Notes under the pieces: generated by a model
The model's database searches: none
What the model was told of the DNA's origin: nothing
The model's input: the letters and a program-made list of their open reading frames with translations, nothing else
IMG/VR virus record: IMGVR_UViG_3300020732_000001
Span: 1 to 61,137 of that record
Origin: a virus
Lineage: Duplodnaviria > Caudoviricetes
Strand: one strand, 5' to 3'
DNA length: 61,137 bases
Shown here: positions 53,576 through 61,137 of the stretch, one piece after another
How the letters are laid out: each line of letters begins with the position of its first letter
Position numbering within the stretch: the stretch's first letter is position 1
Program-made: the position numbers and the translations under genes

Positions 53576-54374
53576 TAAAAAACAGCATGATTTTATGGAG
53601 GCAATAGCCCATTCCAAGGCGTTTGCTGATAAGGTTCACATTCCACAAAGGGTGGGGCGTGATTTTGTAGAAGCCGATAAAGGCAAACATTTTAAAAAAG
53701 GTGGAATCAATATGGCAACGATGAAAAAACGTAGTGTGAACCCAGCGATGGCAATGATGGCAGCAAGAGCAATGGGAAATCCCCCAGCTCCAATGGCTCC
53801 TCCAGCACCTCCAATGGGTGCTCCAATGGCTGGTGGAATGAAACATGGTGGCTTATCTAAAGCTCATCATAAGCATTTAGCTCATCACCATTTAGCAATG
53901 GCTGAACATCATATGGCTCAACATGAAGGTCATCATAAAATGAAAAAGATGGCTCACGGTGGTGCAACTCATCACGAAAGTGAAAAGATGCATGAAATGA
54001 ACCAGGCTAAAGAACTTAGACGTATTGCTAAAGAAGAAGAGCATGAAGCTAAAATGATGAAGCATGGTGGTAAGGCTCACATGAAGAAAATGGCTCATGG
54101 CGGTAAAGCTGAGTCAATGGGTCCTCGTACTATGAAAGAAGACGTTGAAAAAGGTTCTAATAAACATGGTCGTTTTGGTGAGTCTAAAGTTGAAAAACAT
54201 GGTCACACAGAAGATCGTCATCCTAAGATGAAAGGTAATACTATTGGAGATGGTCCATTAGTCAATACCAAAAAACATGGTGGTCATGTAAAGAAGATGG
54301 CTCATGGTGGATCTACATCACATCGTGCTGATGGTATCGCTATGCGTGGTCATACTAAGACTAAATATTGTTAA
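53562..54374 (+). CDS. His/Met/Lys-rich protein with MAHGG/MKHGG repeats
   Basis: About 34 His in 270 aa. Confidence 0.75.
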   Translation: MPSHSKKQHDFMEAIAHSKAFADKVHIPQRVGRDFVEADKGKHFKKGGINMATMKKRSVNPAMAMMAARAMGNPPAPMAPPAPPMGAPMAGGMKHGGLSKAHHKHLAHHHLAMAEHHMAQHEGHHKMKKMAHGGATHHESEKMHEMNQAKELRRIAKEEEHEAKMMKHGGKAHMKKMAHGGKAESMGPRTMKEDVEKGSNKHGRFGESKVEKHGHTEDRHPKMKGNTIGDGPLVNTKKHGGHVKKMAHGGSTSHRADGIAMRGHTKTKYC

Positions 54375-54384
54375 GGAGAAATTG

Positions 54385-54582
54385 ATGAAACCACATTTAA
54401 CCAAAGAACACATGGAGCCAGAATCAGGTCCAGATATGAAGCGTCATGATGAGTTCATTTCTGAACATGAGACTGAATCTCATAAACATCACAAGCATCA
54501 TTTTAAAAAGCATGCAGAACATCATCACCATCACATGGATCATGTTGAAAAAATGTGTTGGGGTGGTAAGGCTCACAAATGA
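54385..54582 (+). CDS. His-rich small protein (65 aa)
   Basis: RBS AAGGAG; 17 His. Confidence 0.7.
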   Translation: MKPHLTKEHMEPESGPDMKRHDEFISEHETESHKHHKHHFKKHAEHHHHHMDHVEKMCWGGKAHK

Positions 54583-54839
54583 GAGCCAGTCGTGGTATGG
54601 GAGCTATGAACCCATCCAAGATGCCAACTAAAAAGGTTATTCACAGAAAGGATAACCCTGATGCTGTTGCTATGTATGCAAAAGGTGGCGAGGTATGGGA
54701 TAAGCCAAGACCAAAAGGTTTGGGCAAACCTAAAAAGTTAAGTTCAGCAAAAAAGGAATCGGCAAAAGCTATGGCTAAAGCTGCTGGTAGACCTTATCCT
54801 AATTTAGTCGATAACATGAGAGCTGCGAGGAAAAAATGA
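54579..54839 (+). CDS. Small basic protein
   Basis: MRASRGMG..YAKGG..RPYPNLVDNM. Confidence 0.7.
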   Translation: MRASRGMGAMNPSKMPTKKVIHRKDNPDAVAMYAKGGEVWDKPRPKGLGKPKKLSSAKKESAKAMAKAAGRPYPNLVDNMRAARKK

Positions 54840-55135
54840 ATTTATTTGAAAAAGCAATTGCATTTGTAAGAAGTGTTGGACATCGTTCAGAAGAACACAA
54901 TTTAATTAATGATTTTGTTAATTATGTTGGCAAAGAAGTGTCTATTGTTGAAAACTTTTTAAAGTCAAAACAATTAGATGCGGATGATCAAGCTAGAGCT
55001 GTTGTGTCTAACTTTGTTGCAGAAATTGCACCAGTAGATCCAACACCAGTTTTAGTTGCTCCTCCTCCTGTTGTTCCAGAAGCTGCTCCAGAAATTGCTC
55101 CAGAGGCTACACCAACCCCACCAGCTGCGAGTTAA
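54836..55135 (+). CDS. Hypothetical protein with Pro-rich tail
   Basis: ATGA coupling. Confidence 0.65.
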   Translation: MNLFEKAIAFVRSVGHRSEEHNLINDFVNYVGKEVSIVENFLKSKQLDADDQARAVVSNFVAEIAPVDPTPVLVAPPPVVPEAAPEIAPEATPTPPAAS

Positions 55136-55137
55136 TC

Positions 55138-55314
55138 ATGGCTGAAAAATGGATACAGAACGCAATACACAGAGCTGGTGCGTTGCGTAAATCTTTGGGT
55201 GTTAAAGAAGGACATACCATTCCAGAGAAAAAGCTCGAAGCTGCTGCTAAAAAGCCTGGCAAGTTAGGACAACGTGCAAGGTTAGCAGAGACACTTAGAA
55301 AAATGCATAAATGA
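55138..55314 (+). CDS. Small basic protein, 58 aa (not in ORF track)
   Basis: MAEKWIQNAI..GALRKSLG..GQRARLAETL; ATGA-coupled to the next gene. Confidence 0.7.
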   Translation: MAEKWIQNAIHRAGALRKSLGVKEGHTIPEKKLEAAAKKPGKLGQRARLAETLRKMHK

Positions 55315-56276
55315 CTACTACAGGCACCTCCGTATTTGATTTAAACATGAACGAACTCATTGAAGAGGCGTTCGAACGGTGCGGTGCTGAGTTAAGAAGT
55401 GGTTATGATTTTAGAACTGCAAGACGTTCTTTAAACATATTAACTGTTGAATGGGCAAATAGAGGTATTAATTTATGGACTGTAGAAGAGGGACAAATTC
55501 CTATGAATACAGGTCAGATTACTTATCCTTTGCCAATTGATACGATTGATTTATTAAGCCAAGTGATTCGTACTGGTACTTTGCAAAATCAAATTGATAT
55601 TAATATTAGCCGTATATCGGAAGATACTTATTCAACATTGCCTAATAAACTGGCACAAGGTAGACCAATTCAAGTATGGATCAATCGCCAATCTGGGCAA
55701 GTTAATCCAACATCTTATACTTTGGTTGGAAATGGTTCTAATGGTAATGGTGGTATATCATCAACAGATACGACTATTCAGCTTACTCCATCTGATTTAA
55801 CAGGATTAGCTGCAACTGGATATATCAAGATAGATAATGAGATTATTTACTATCCAAACGTATCTACAACGGCTGCACAGCTTATAAATTGTTATCGTGG
55901 ACAAGCAGGTACAACTGCTTCTGCACATGCCTATAACGCCCCTATAAGCGTTACAAACCTACCTTGTATTAATGTCTGGCCTACACCAAATTCACCAGGC
56001 AGTCAGTATACATTTGTATATTGGAGATTGCGTAGAATGCAAGATGCTGGAACTGGTACGGCAACGAATGATATACCATTTCGATTTATATCTGCGATGG
56101 TTGCTGGACTAGCTTATTACTTATCTCAGAAAATTACTGGGGTAGATCCTGCTCGTATAGCGATGTTAAAAGCTGATTATATGGAACAATGGACATTGGC
56201 TTCTGATGAAGACAGAGAAAAAGCTGCTATTCGTTTTGTTCCAAGAATGGGATTCTATGGTGGAGCAGGTAGATAA
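55311..56276 (+). CDS. Head-tail adaptor-like protein with inserted domain
   Basis: IEEAFERCG..ARRSLN..WANRGINLW..GLAYYL..EDRE. Confidence 0.65.
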   Translation: MTTTGTSVFDLNMNELIEEAFERCGAELRSGYDFRTARRSLNILTVEWANRGINLWTVEEGQIPMNTGQITYPLPIDTIDLLSQVIRTGTLQNQIDINISRISEDTYSTLPNKLAQGRPIQVWINRQSGQVNPTSYTLVGNGSNGNGGISSTDTTIQLTPSDLTGLAATGYIKIDNEIIYYPNVSTTAAQLINCYRGQAGTTASAHAYNAPISVTNLPCINVWPTPNSPGSQYTFVYWRLRRMQDAGTGTATNDIPFRFISAMVAGLAYYLSQKITGVDPARIAMLKADYMEQWTLASDEDREKAAIRFVPRMGFYGGAGR

Positions 56277-56710
56277 TGCCAAACAAATATTCATCTGGCA
56301 AATGGGCAATTGCCGAATGTGACCGATGTGGTCAACGGTATATGTTGAAAGAGTTAAAAAAAGAAATTATTAAAACCAAGTTATTTAATATTAAAGTTTG
56401 TCCTGAGTGTTGGGATCCAGATCATCCACAGTTGAGTTTAGGTTTATATCCTGTAAATGATCCACAAGCTGTGCGTGAACCAAGACCTGATGTAAGTTAT
56501 CAAGCAAGTGGAACAACTGGACTATTTACGAATCCATATGATCCAAACGTAAATAATGTTGATAATCTTGGTTATGTAAATGATGGTAGTAGACAAACGC
56601 AATGGGGTTGGAATCCAGTTGGAGGGGCTAGTTATTTTACAGATGCATTTGTTCCCAATGACTTGAATTTAGTGATTACAATAGGTAAAGTAACAATATT
56701 AACAACTTAG
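56276..56710 (+). CDS. Zn-finger virion-associated protein
   Basis: CDRCG..VCPECWDPDHPQL. Confidence 0.7.
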   Translation: MPNKYSSGKWAIAECDRCGQRYMLKELKKEIIKTKLFNIKVCPECWDPDHPQLSLGLYPVNDPQAVREPRPDVSYQASGTTGLFTNPYDPNVNNVDNLGYVNDGSRQTQWGWNPVGGASYFTDAFVPNDLNLVITIGKVTILTT

Positions 56711-56718
56711 GAGTTAAC

Positions 56719-56907
56719 ATGGATAAGAAACAAGTAGTAAAGATTGCTGATAAAGAAGCTGCAAAAGAAGTTCATAAACATGAACATCATATGCATAAAG
56801 GCAAGCCAGTTACTAAAATGGCTAAAGGTGGAGTGACAAGCAAGGCGATGAAAGCAGTAGGTCGCAATTTAGCTCGTGCTCATAATCAAAAAGCAGGGAG
56901 CAAATAA
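56719..56907 (+). CDS. Small basic His-containing protein (MAKGG)
   Basis: RBS AGGAG. Confidence 0.7.
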   Translation: MDKKQVVKIADKEAAKEVHKHEHHMHKGKPVTKMAKGGVTSKAMKAVGRNLARAHNQKAGSK

Positions 56908-57212
56908 TGGCTACTCAAGTTAAACCGACTACTAAGAATAGTCCAAAGATTACGATTGGTAAAAATAAATTTGCTGAACCAGCTGAGGCATATGCCAATC
57001 CACATACCAATAAAGAAAAGCATATTACTGGTCAAGAAGTGATGGATCGTGGAACTTATGCTCGTGAAAAAGCTGCCAAAGATGTAAACATCAAAGATCC
57101 TATTAAGGGTGGAGTAAGTTACGGCATGGCAGTAGAAAAAAAAGATGGTATTGAAATGCGTGGAGCTGGTGCAGCAACTAAAGGAAAAATGAGTAGAGGG
57201 CCAATGGCGTGA
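56907..57212 (+). CDS. Small basic protein
   Basis: RGAGAATKG..RGPMA end. Confidence 0.7.
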   Translation: MATQVKPTTKNSPKITIGKNKFAEPAEAYANPHTNKEKHITGQEVMDRGTYAREKAAKDVNIKDPIKGGVSYGMAVEKKDGIEMRGAGAATKGKMSRGPMA

Positions 57213-58174
57213 ATTACGAGCAGCTCTTTAACACGATACAAGCGTATTCTCAAAATACGGAGTCTACGTTTGTTGCTTACATTCCTACATTTATTCAGGA
57301 ATGTGAAGAGCGTGTTTATAACTCAGTTCAGTTTCCATCATTACGGAAGAATGTAACAGGTAGTTTAACGGCAAGTAATCCTTATTTATCTTTACCAAAC
57401 GATTATTTGGCTACATTTTCTTTGGCAATTATTAATCCAACAACAGGTAATTATTCTTATCTTTTGAATAAAGATGTGAATTATATTCGTGAGGCTTATC
57501 CCAATCCTAATTCAACTGGAACTCCATTTCATTATGCTTTATTTGGTAATCAGTTTTCTAATCCTAATGAGTTGTCGTTGATTATTGGACCAACACCTGA
57601 TATGTCTTATGGTGCTGAATTGCATTATTTTTATTATCCAGCATCAATTGTTCAAGGAATTATTTTAAGCATAGCATTAACAAGTGCTGGAGCTAACTAC
57701 ATACCAGGATTTTATCCTAATGTTCCTTTTCAATATTATTCTACAAGTGGTAATCAGTCTGGCGTTGGTGGATATGGTGATGTATTGGTAGGAACAAATG
57801 GTTCAATTACTTCTGTTCAATTGCAAAATGGCGGTAGTTTTTACAATGCTAGTGATGTATTAACAGTCAATACTACTTATTTAGGTGGTAGTTCTACTGC
57901 ATCTGGATTTAGTTTTAATGTGGTAACAGTTAATAATTCTAATGGTCAAAGTTGGTTAGGTGATAACTTTGATCCAGTTCTTTTATATGGATCTATGCGA
58001 GAGGCTATGATCTTTATGAAAGGTGAACAAGATATGGTTAAATATTATGAAGACAAATATCAAGAAGCTCTTCAATTAGCCATTCGTCTTGGTAATGGTA
58101 TGGAGCGTGGCGATGCGTATAGGGATGGCCAGACTAAACTTAATACTAATCTTAAAGGTAATGTAATCTCATGA
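57209..58174 (+). CDS. Tail adaptor/tubular protein A-like with inserted beta domain
   Basis: FIQECEERVY..GPTPD..WL..LLYGS..D.YR.G. Confidence 0.65.
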   Translation: MNYEQLFNTIQAYSQNTESTFVAYIPTFIQECEERVYNSVQFPSLRKNVTGSLTASNPYLSLPNDYLATFSLAIINPTTGNYSYLLNKDVNYIREAYPNPNSTGTPFHYALFGNQFSNPNELSLIIGPTPDMSYGAELHYFYYPASIVQGIILSIALTSAGANYIPGFYPNVPFQYYSTSGNQSGVGGYGDVLVGTNGSITSVQLQNGGSFYNASDVLTVNTTYLGGSSTASGFSFNVVTVNNSNGQSWLGDNFDPVLLYGSMREAMIFMKGEQDMVKYYEDKYQEALQLAIRLGNGMERGDAYRDGQTKLNTNLKGNVIS

Positions 58175-58635
58175 TAGTTCAAACATCATGCACAGTTTTT
58201 CAACAAAACCTTTTAAGTGGTTTAGAGAACTTTTCTGCATCTACTCCATATACTTATAAGATTGCTTTATATAATGCCAATGCTAATTTAGGGCAGTCTA
58301 CAGCGGCATATACCACGGTTAATGAGGTAGTTGGAACTGGTTATACAGCAGGTGGAAATATTTTAGTTATTTCAACATTTCCGACACAAAATACACAATA
58401 TAATGTAAGTTATGTATCGTTTAATAATGCAGTTTGGAACCCAGCATCCTTTACTACAAGAGGAGCATTAATTTATAATGCAACTACAGGAGCAGCGTGT
58501 TTTGTATTAAATTTTGGATCAGATAAAACTTGCACTACTAGTTTTACAGTACAGTTTCCAACAGCTTCATACAATAGTGCAATATTAACGATTGGAACCA
58601 ATACAGGCAGTCTTAACTATAGCAGTCCAGATTAG
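58171..58635 (+). CDS. Tail structural protein
   Basis: YKIALY..NEV.GTGYTAGG..RGALIYN..LNFGSDKT. Confidence 0.7.
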   Translation: MIVQTSCTVFQQNLLSGLENFSASTPYTYKIALYNANANLGQSTAAYTTVNEVVGTGYTAGGNILVISTFPTQNTQYNVSYVSFNNAVWNPASFTTRGALIYNATTGAACFVLNFGSDKTCTTSFTVQFPTASYNSAILTIGTNTGSLNYSSPD

Positions 58636-58643
58636 GAGAAATT

Positions 58644-59246
58644 ATGACAAACGAATTAGCCAGCTGCGGTGATAACGCTGTAGCAACATTACAAGCAAAT
58701 GTAACTATTCCTGAAGGAATGGGCGTAGAAGGACATTACCACGTTGAGTGCCGTGATGCAAACGGTAACTTAAAGTGGACAGAAGAATTTCCTAATTTAG
58801 TTGTTGCTGTAGGTAAACAGTTAATGCTGGATACTTTATTAAGAACATCAGGAACATATACAACAGTTGGACCATTCTTGGGCTTGATTGGTAACAGTAC
58901 AACATTTGCAGCTACCGATACAATGGCTTCACATACATGGACAGAGTTTGTTAATTACACAGTTAGTGGTTCAGCAGTTCGTGGAACGGCAGTATTTGGT
59001 GCGTCTACATCTACAGGCTCAACACCATCTAACGTGACAACATCTTCAGCAACAGCGATTACTTATACAATTACTGGCGGTGGTGGAACAGTTTATGGAT
59101 GTTTCTTAGTAACAGGTTCAGGTGCTGTTAGTACACAAAGTTCAACGGCTGGTACACTATATTCAGAAGGTAATTTTGCAGTTGCTAAAGCAGTTACGGC
59201 AGGTGATACTGTAAGTGTTTCATTTTCAACCACTGCAACGTCTTGA
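58644..59246 (+). CDS. Tail structural protein
   Basis: KW..NLVV..G..GTLYS..GDT pattern. Confidence 0.7.
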   Translation: MTNELASCGDNAVATLQANVTIPEGMGVEGHYHVECRDANGNLKWTEEFPNLVVAVGKQLMLDTLLRTSGTYTTVGPFLGLIGNSTTFAATDTMASHTWTEFVNYTVSGSAVRGTAVFGASTSTGSTPSNVTTSSATAITYTITGGGGTVYGCFLVTGSGAVSTQSSTAGTLYSEGNFAVAKAVTAGDTVSVSFSTTATS

Positions 59247-59273
59247 TTTTAAACAGATTTTTAGGAGCGTCAT

Positions 59274-61137
59274 ATGGCGTTGACATTAAAAGACCGTGTT
59301 TTAGAGACAGCAGCAGCACCAGGCACAGGAGCGGTTACGCTACTCGGAGCAGTAACAGGCTATCAAACTTTTTCTGCTGCTGTTGGTAATGGCAATACTT
59401 GTTACTACACAATTGCTGACCAGTCTGGTGCAAACTGGGAAGTTGGTATTGGCACATATTCATCATCAGGAAATACGCTTGCTCGTACAACGATCTTATC
59501 GTCATCTAACGCTGGCTCTACTGTTAACTTTGCTTCAGGTACACAGAACGTATTTGTAACTTATCCTAGCGAGAAAGCAGTTTATTTAGATGCATCAGGA
59601 AACGTACAACCGTCTTTAGGAACAGCAACATTTAGTTCTATTACTGACTCAGGACTCACAAGTGGTCGAGTAACGTATGCAGGTACAAGTGGATTATTAC
59701 AAGATAGTGCTAATTTAACATTTAACGGCACAACATTAACGGCTAATACGCTTAATTTAACTAATGCTCTTGGTGTTGCTTATGGTGGCACAGGATTAAC
59801 AACATTAACATCAGGATATATTCCTTACGGAAATGGTACAAGTGCTTTTAGTTCTAGTAGTGGATTAAAATTTGATACAACAACATTAACTATAACTGGT
59901 TCTAGTAGTGCAGGTGAATTAGCAATAAGAACTGGTGATACTTCAACAAATGTAAGTTATTTAACTTTTGGAACTACAAGTTATAACAGAAGTCAAATTC
60001 AGGTTGGTGGTTCAGCATTAACTGATGGTTATATGGCTTTTTTAACCGAATCAGGTGGTTCTAATAATGAAAGGATGCGTATTACATCTACAGGTAATGT
60101 AGGAATAGGTTCAACTTCTCCAACCAACGGACAATTAGTAGTTTCAAATGGTTCATCTGTTAATCAAATATCGCTTGATACTGCTAGTACTGCTACTTAT
60201 GGATACTTCAACATTGGTTTCTTTAATAATGGTGCTTTTATTGGCACAACAGCAGGAAGTAACACAGCATCAAACATTTTAAGGTTTGGTAACAATGGCG
60301 AGCAAATGCGTCTTGATGCATCAGGCAATCTAGGACTTGGAGTTACTCCTAGTGCTTGGGGTGGAAACAACAAAGCCATTGAAGGTGTTGCCTATGGTAG
60401 CGGGCAATTTTATTTGGCATCAGGTGCATCAGGCGTTGTATCAAACGCATATAACAACGGCACAAACTGGATTTACAAAACAACTCAATACGCAACAAAT
60501 TACTGGCAATTTCAAGGTCAGCATCTCTGGTATAACGCACCATCAGGCACAGCAGGAAACGCTATAACATTTACCCAAGCAATGACTTTAAACAACTCAG
60601 GTCAATTGCTAGTAGGAACTACAACAGCTTATGGAAGTTCAAAATTAGTTGTTTGTCCTACAACAACTCCGACATCAGGAACAGATGGAAATACTCAAAT
60701 TCAAATTGGAGAGGCTACTTCAAATACTGGTTATCACCTTAATTTAGGCTATGGAAATTTTAGTGGAAGTTATTATGGTTATATTCAAGCTATAGCTGGA
60801 GGTTCAAATACACCGTTATTATTACAGCCTTCAGGTGGTAATGTAGGAATAGGTACAAGTAGTCCAGCATCATTATTAAATGTAGTTGGTGGTAGAACAT
60901 ATCTGTATGGAAATAGTGAAGCCTATGCATTAAAACTAACTTATAACAGTTCAACTGCAGGATTTTATTTAGGCTCTCCTTCTGCAAACACTTTATCTTT
61001 TTCTAATGATTCAGGAACTGAATTTGCAAGAATTGATTCATCAGGCAATCTAGGACTTGGAGTTACTCCTAGTGCTTGGAGTGGAAAAGCATTTGAAACT
61101 CCTGCTGGTGGTATTTTAGGTTATTCAACAAGCTCTA
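59274..61137 (+). CDS. Tail fibre/spike, 5' part (continues across the join to 848; about 870 aa in total; missing from ORF track)
   Basis: RBS AGGAG; MALTLKDRVLET..WEVGIGTY..VFVTYP; GNVGIG/GNLGLG repeats; open to the window end. Confidence 0.85.
   Translation, partial: MALTLKDRVLETAAAPGTGAVTLLGAVTGYQTFSAAVGNGNTCYYTIADQSGANWEVGIGTYSSSGNTLARTTILSSSNAGSTVNFASGTQNVFVTYPSEKAVYLDASGNVQPSLGTATFSSITDSGLTSGRVTYAGTSGLLQDSANLTFNGTTLTANTLNLTNALGVAYGGTGLTTLTSGYIPYGNGTSAFSSSSGLKFDTTTLTITGSSSAGELAIRTGDTSTNVSYLTFGTTSYNRSQIQVGGSALTDGYMAFLTESGGSNNERMRITSTGNVGIGSTSPTNGQLVVSNGSSVNQISLDTASTATYGYFNIGFFNNGAFIGTTAGSNTASNILRFGNNGEQMRLDASGNLGLGVTPSAWGGNNKAIEGVAYGSGQFYLASGASGVVSNAYNNGTNWIYKTTQYATNYWQFQGQHLWYNAPSGTAGNAITFTQAMTLNNSGQLLVGTTTAYGSSKLVVCPTTTPTSGTDGNTQIQIGEATSNTGYHLNLGYGNFSGSYYGYIQAIAGGSNTPLLLQPSGGNVGIGTSSPASLLNVVGGRTYLYGNSEAYALKLTYNSSTAGFYLGSPSANTLSFSNDSGTEFARIDSSGNLGLGVTPSAWSGKAFETPAGGILGYSTSS
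61039..61137. repeat. Terminal direct repeat, right copy
   Basis: Identical to 1-99. Confidence 0.95.

Noticed and set aside
61039-61137. 99-bp terminal repeat as a biological DTR
   Set aside because: The length equals a common assembler k-mer and it falls mid-gene in frame, so it is most likely a circularisation overlap.
59274-61137. Diversity-generating retroelement or invertible shufflon in the fibre
   Set aside because: No reverse transcriptase or invertase is present. The repeats are direct and the differences are not adenine-specific.
1-61137. Alternative genetic code or stop-codon recoding
   Set aside because: Long genes are intact in the standard code and coding density is high.
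1-61137. Specific host assignment (freshwater betaproteobacterium suspected)
   Set aside because: This is only an impression from gene families. No sequence feature here establishes the host.

Overview
The window is a complete circular contig of a tailed phage. Bases 1-99 are identical to 61039-61137, so the unique genome is about 61,038 bp. The genome is AT-rich with podovirus-like organisation. Packaging and head genes lie at 42-52 kb: TerS, TerL, P22-like portal, GroES-like co-chaperonin, scaffold and Mu-gpT-like major capsid. Small basic or His-rich virion proteins and adaptors follow at 53-59 kb. A modular tail fibre spans the contig join. After it come an HNH gene, lysis genes (holin, GH108 endolysin), a nozzle, ejection proteins and a 3158-aa polyvalent protein (0.8-23.7 kb). 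The rest is a recombination operon (RusA, PD-(D/E)XK nuclease, ERF-like, SSB-like), a tract of small accessory genes, a replication block (ParB-like, SF2 helicase, Toprim primase) and a divergent minus-strand block of small, probably early, genes. I saw no integrase, DNA polymerase, tRNA or CRISPR array. The most striking unannotated signal is an RNA-based regulatory locus at 33.1-33.9 kb. A promoter- and terminator-bounded sRNA of about 125 nt carries a loop (UAAACUCCUAGCAG) antisense to the leader/RBS motif AACTGCTAGGA(G). That motif heads six non-structural transcription or translation units, including an adjacent ~470-nt highly structured RNA. Other highlights: a repeat-delimited mini-gene cassette array (29.5-31.9 kb); L,D-transpeptidase-, sliding-clamp- and zincin-like domains in the giant virion protein; a shared xxxGG motif across virion cargo proteins; and a bipartite palindrome repeated in terS and inside the giant gene. 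All calls were made by eye, without database searches.
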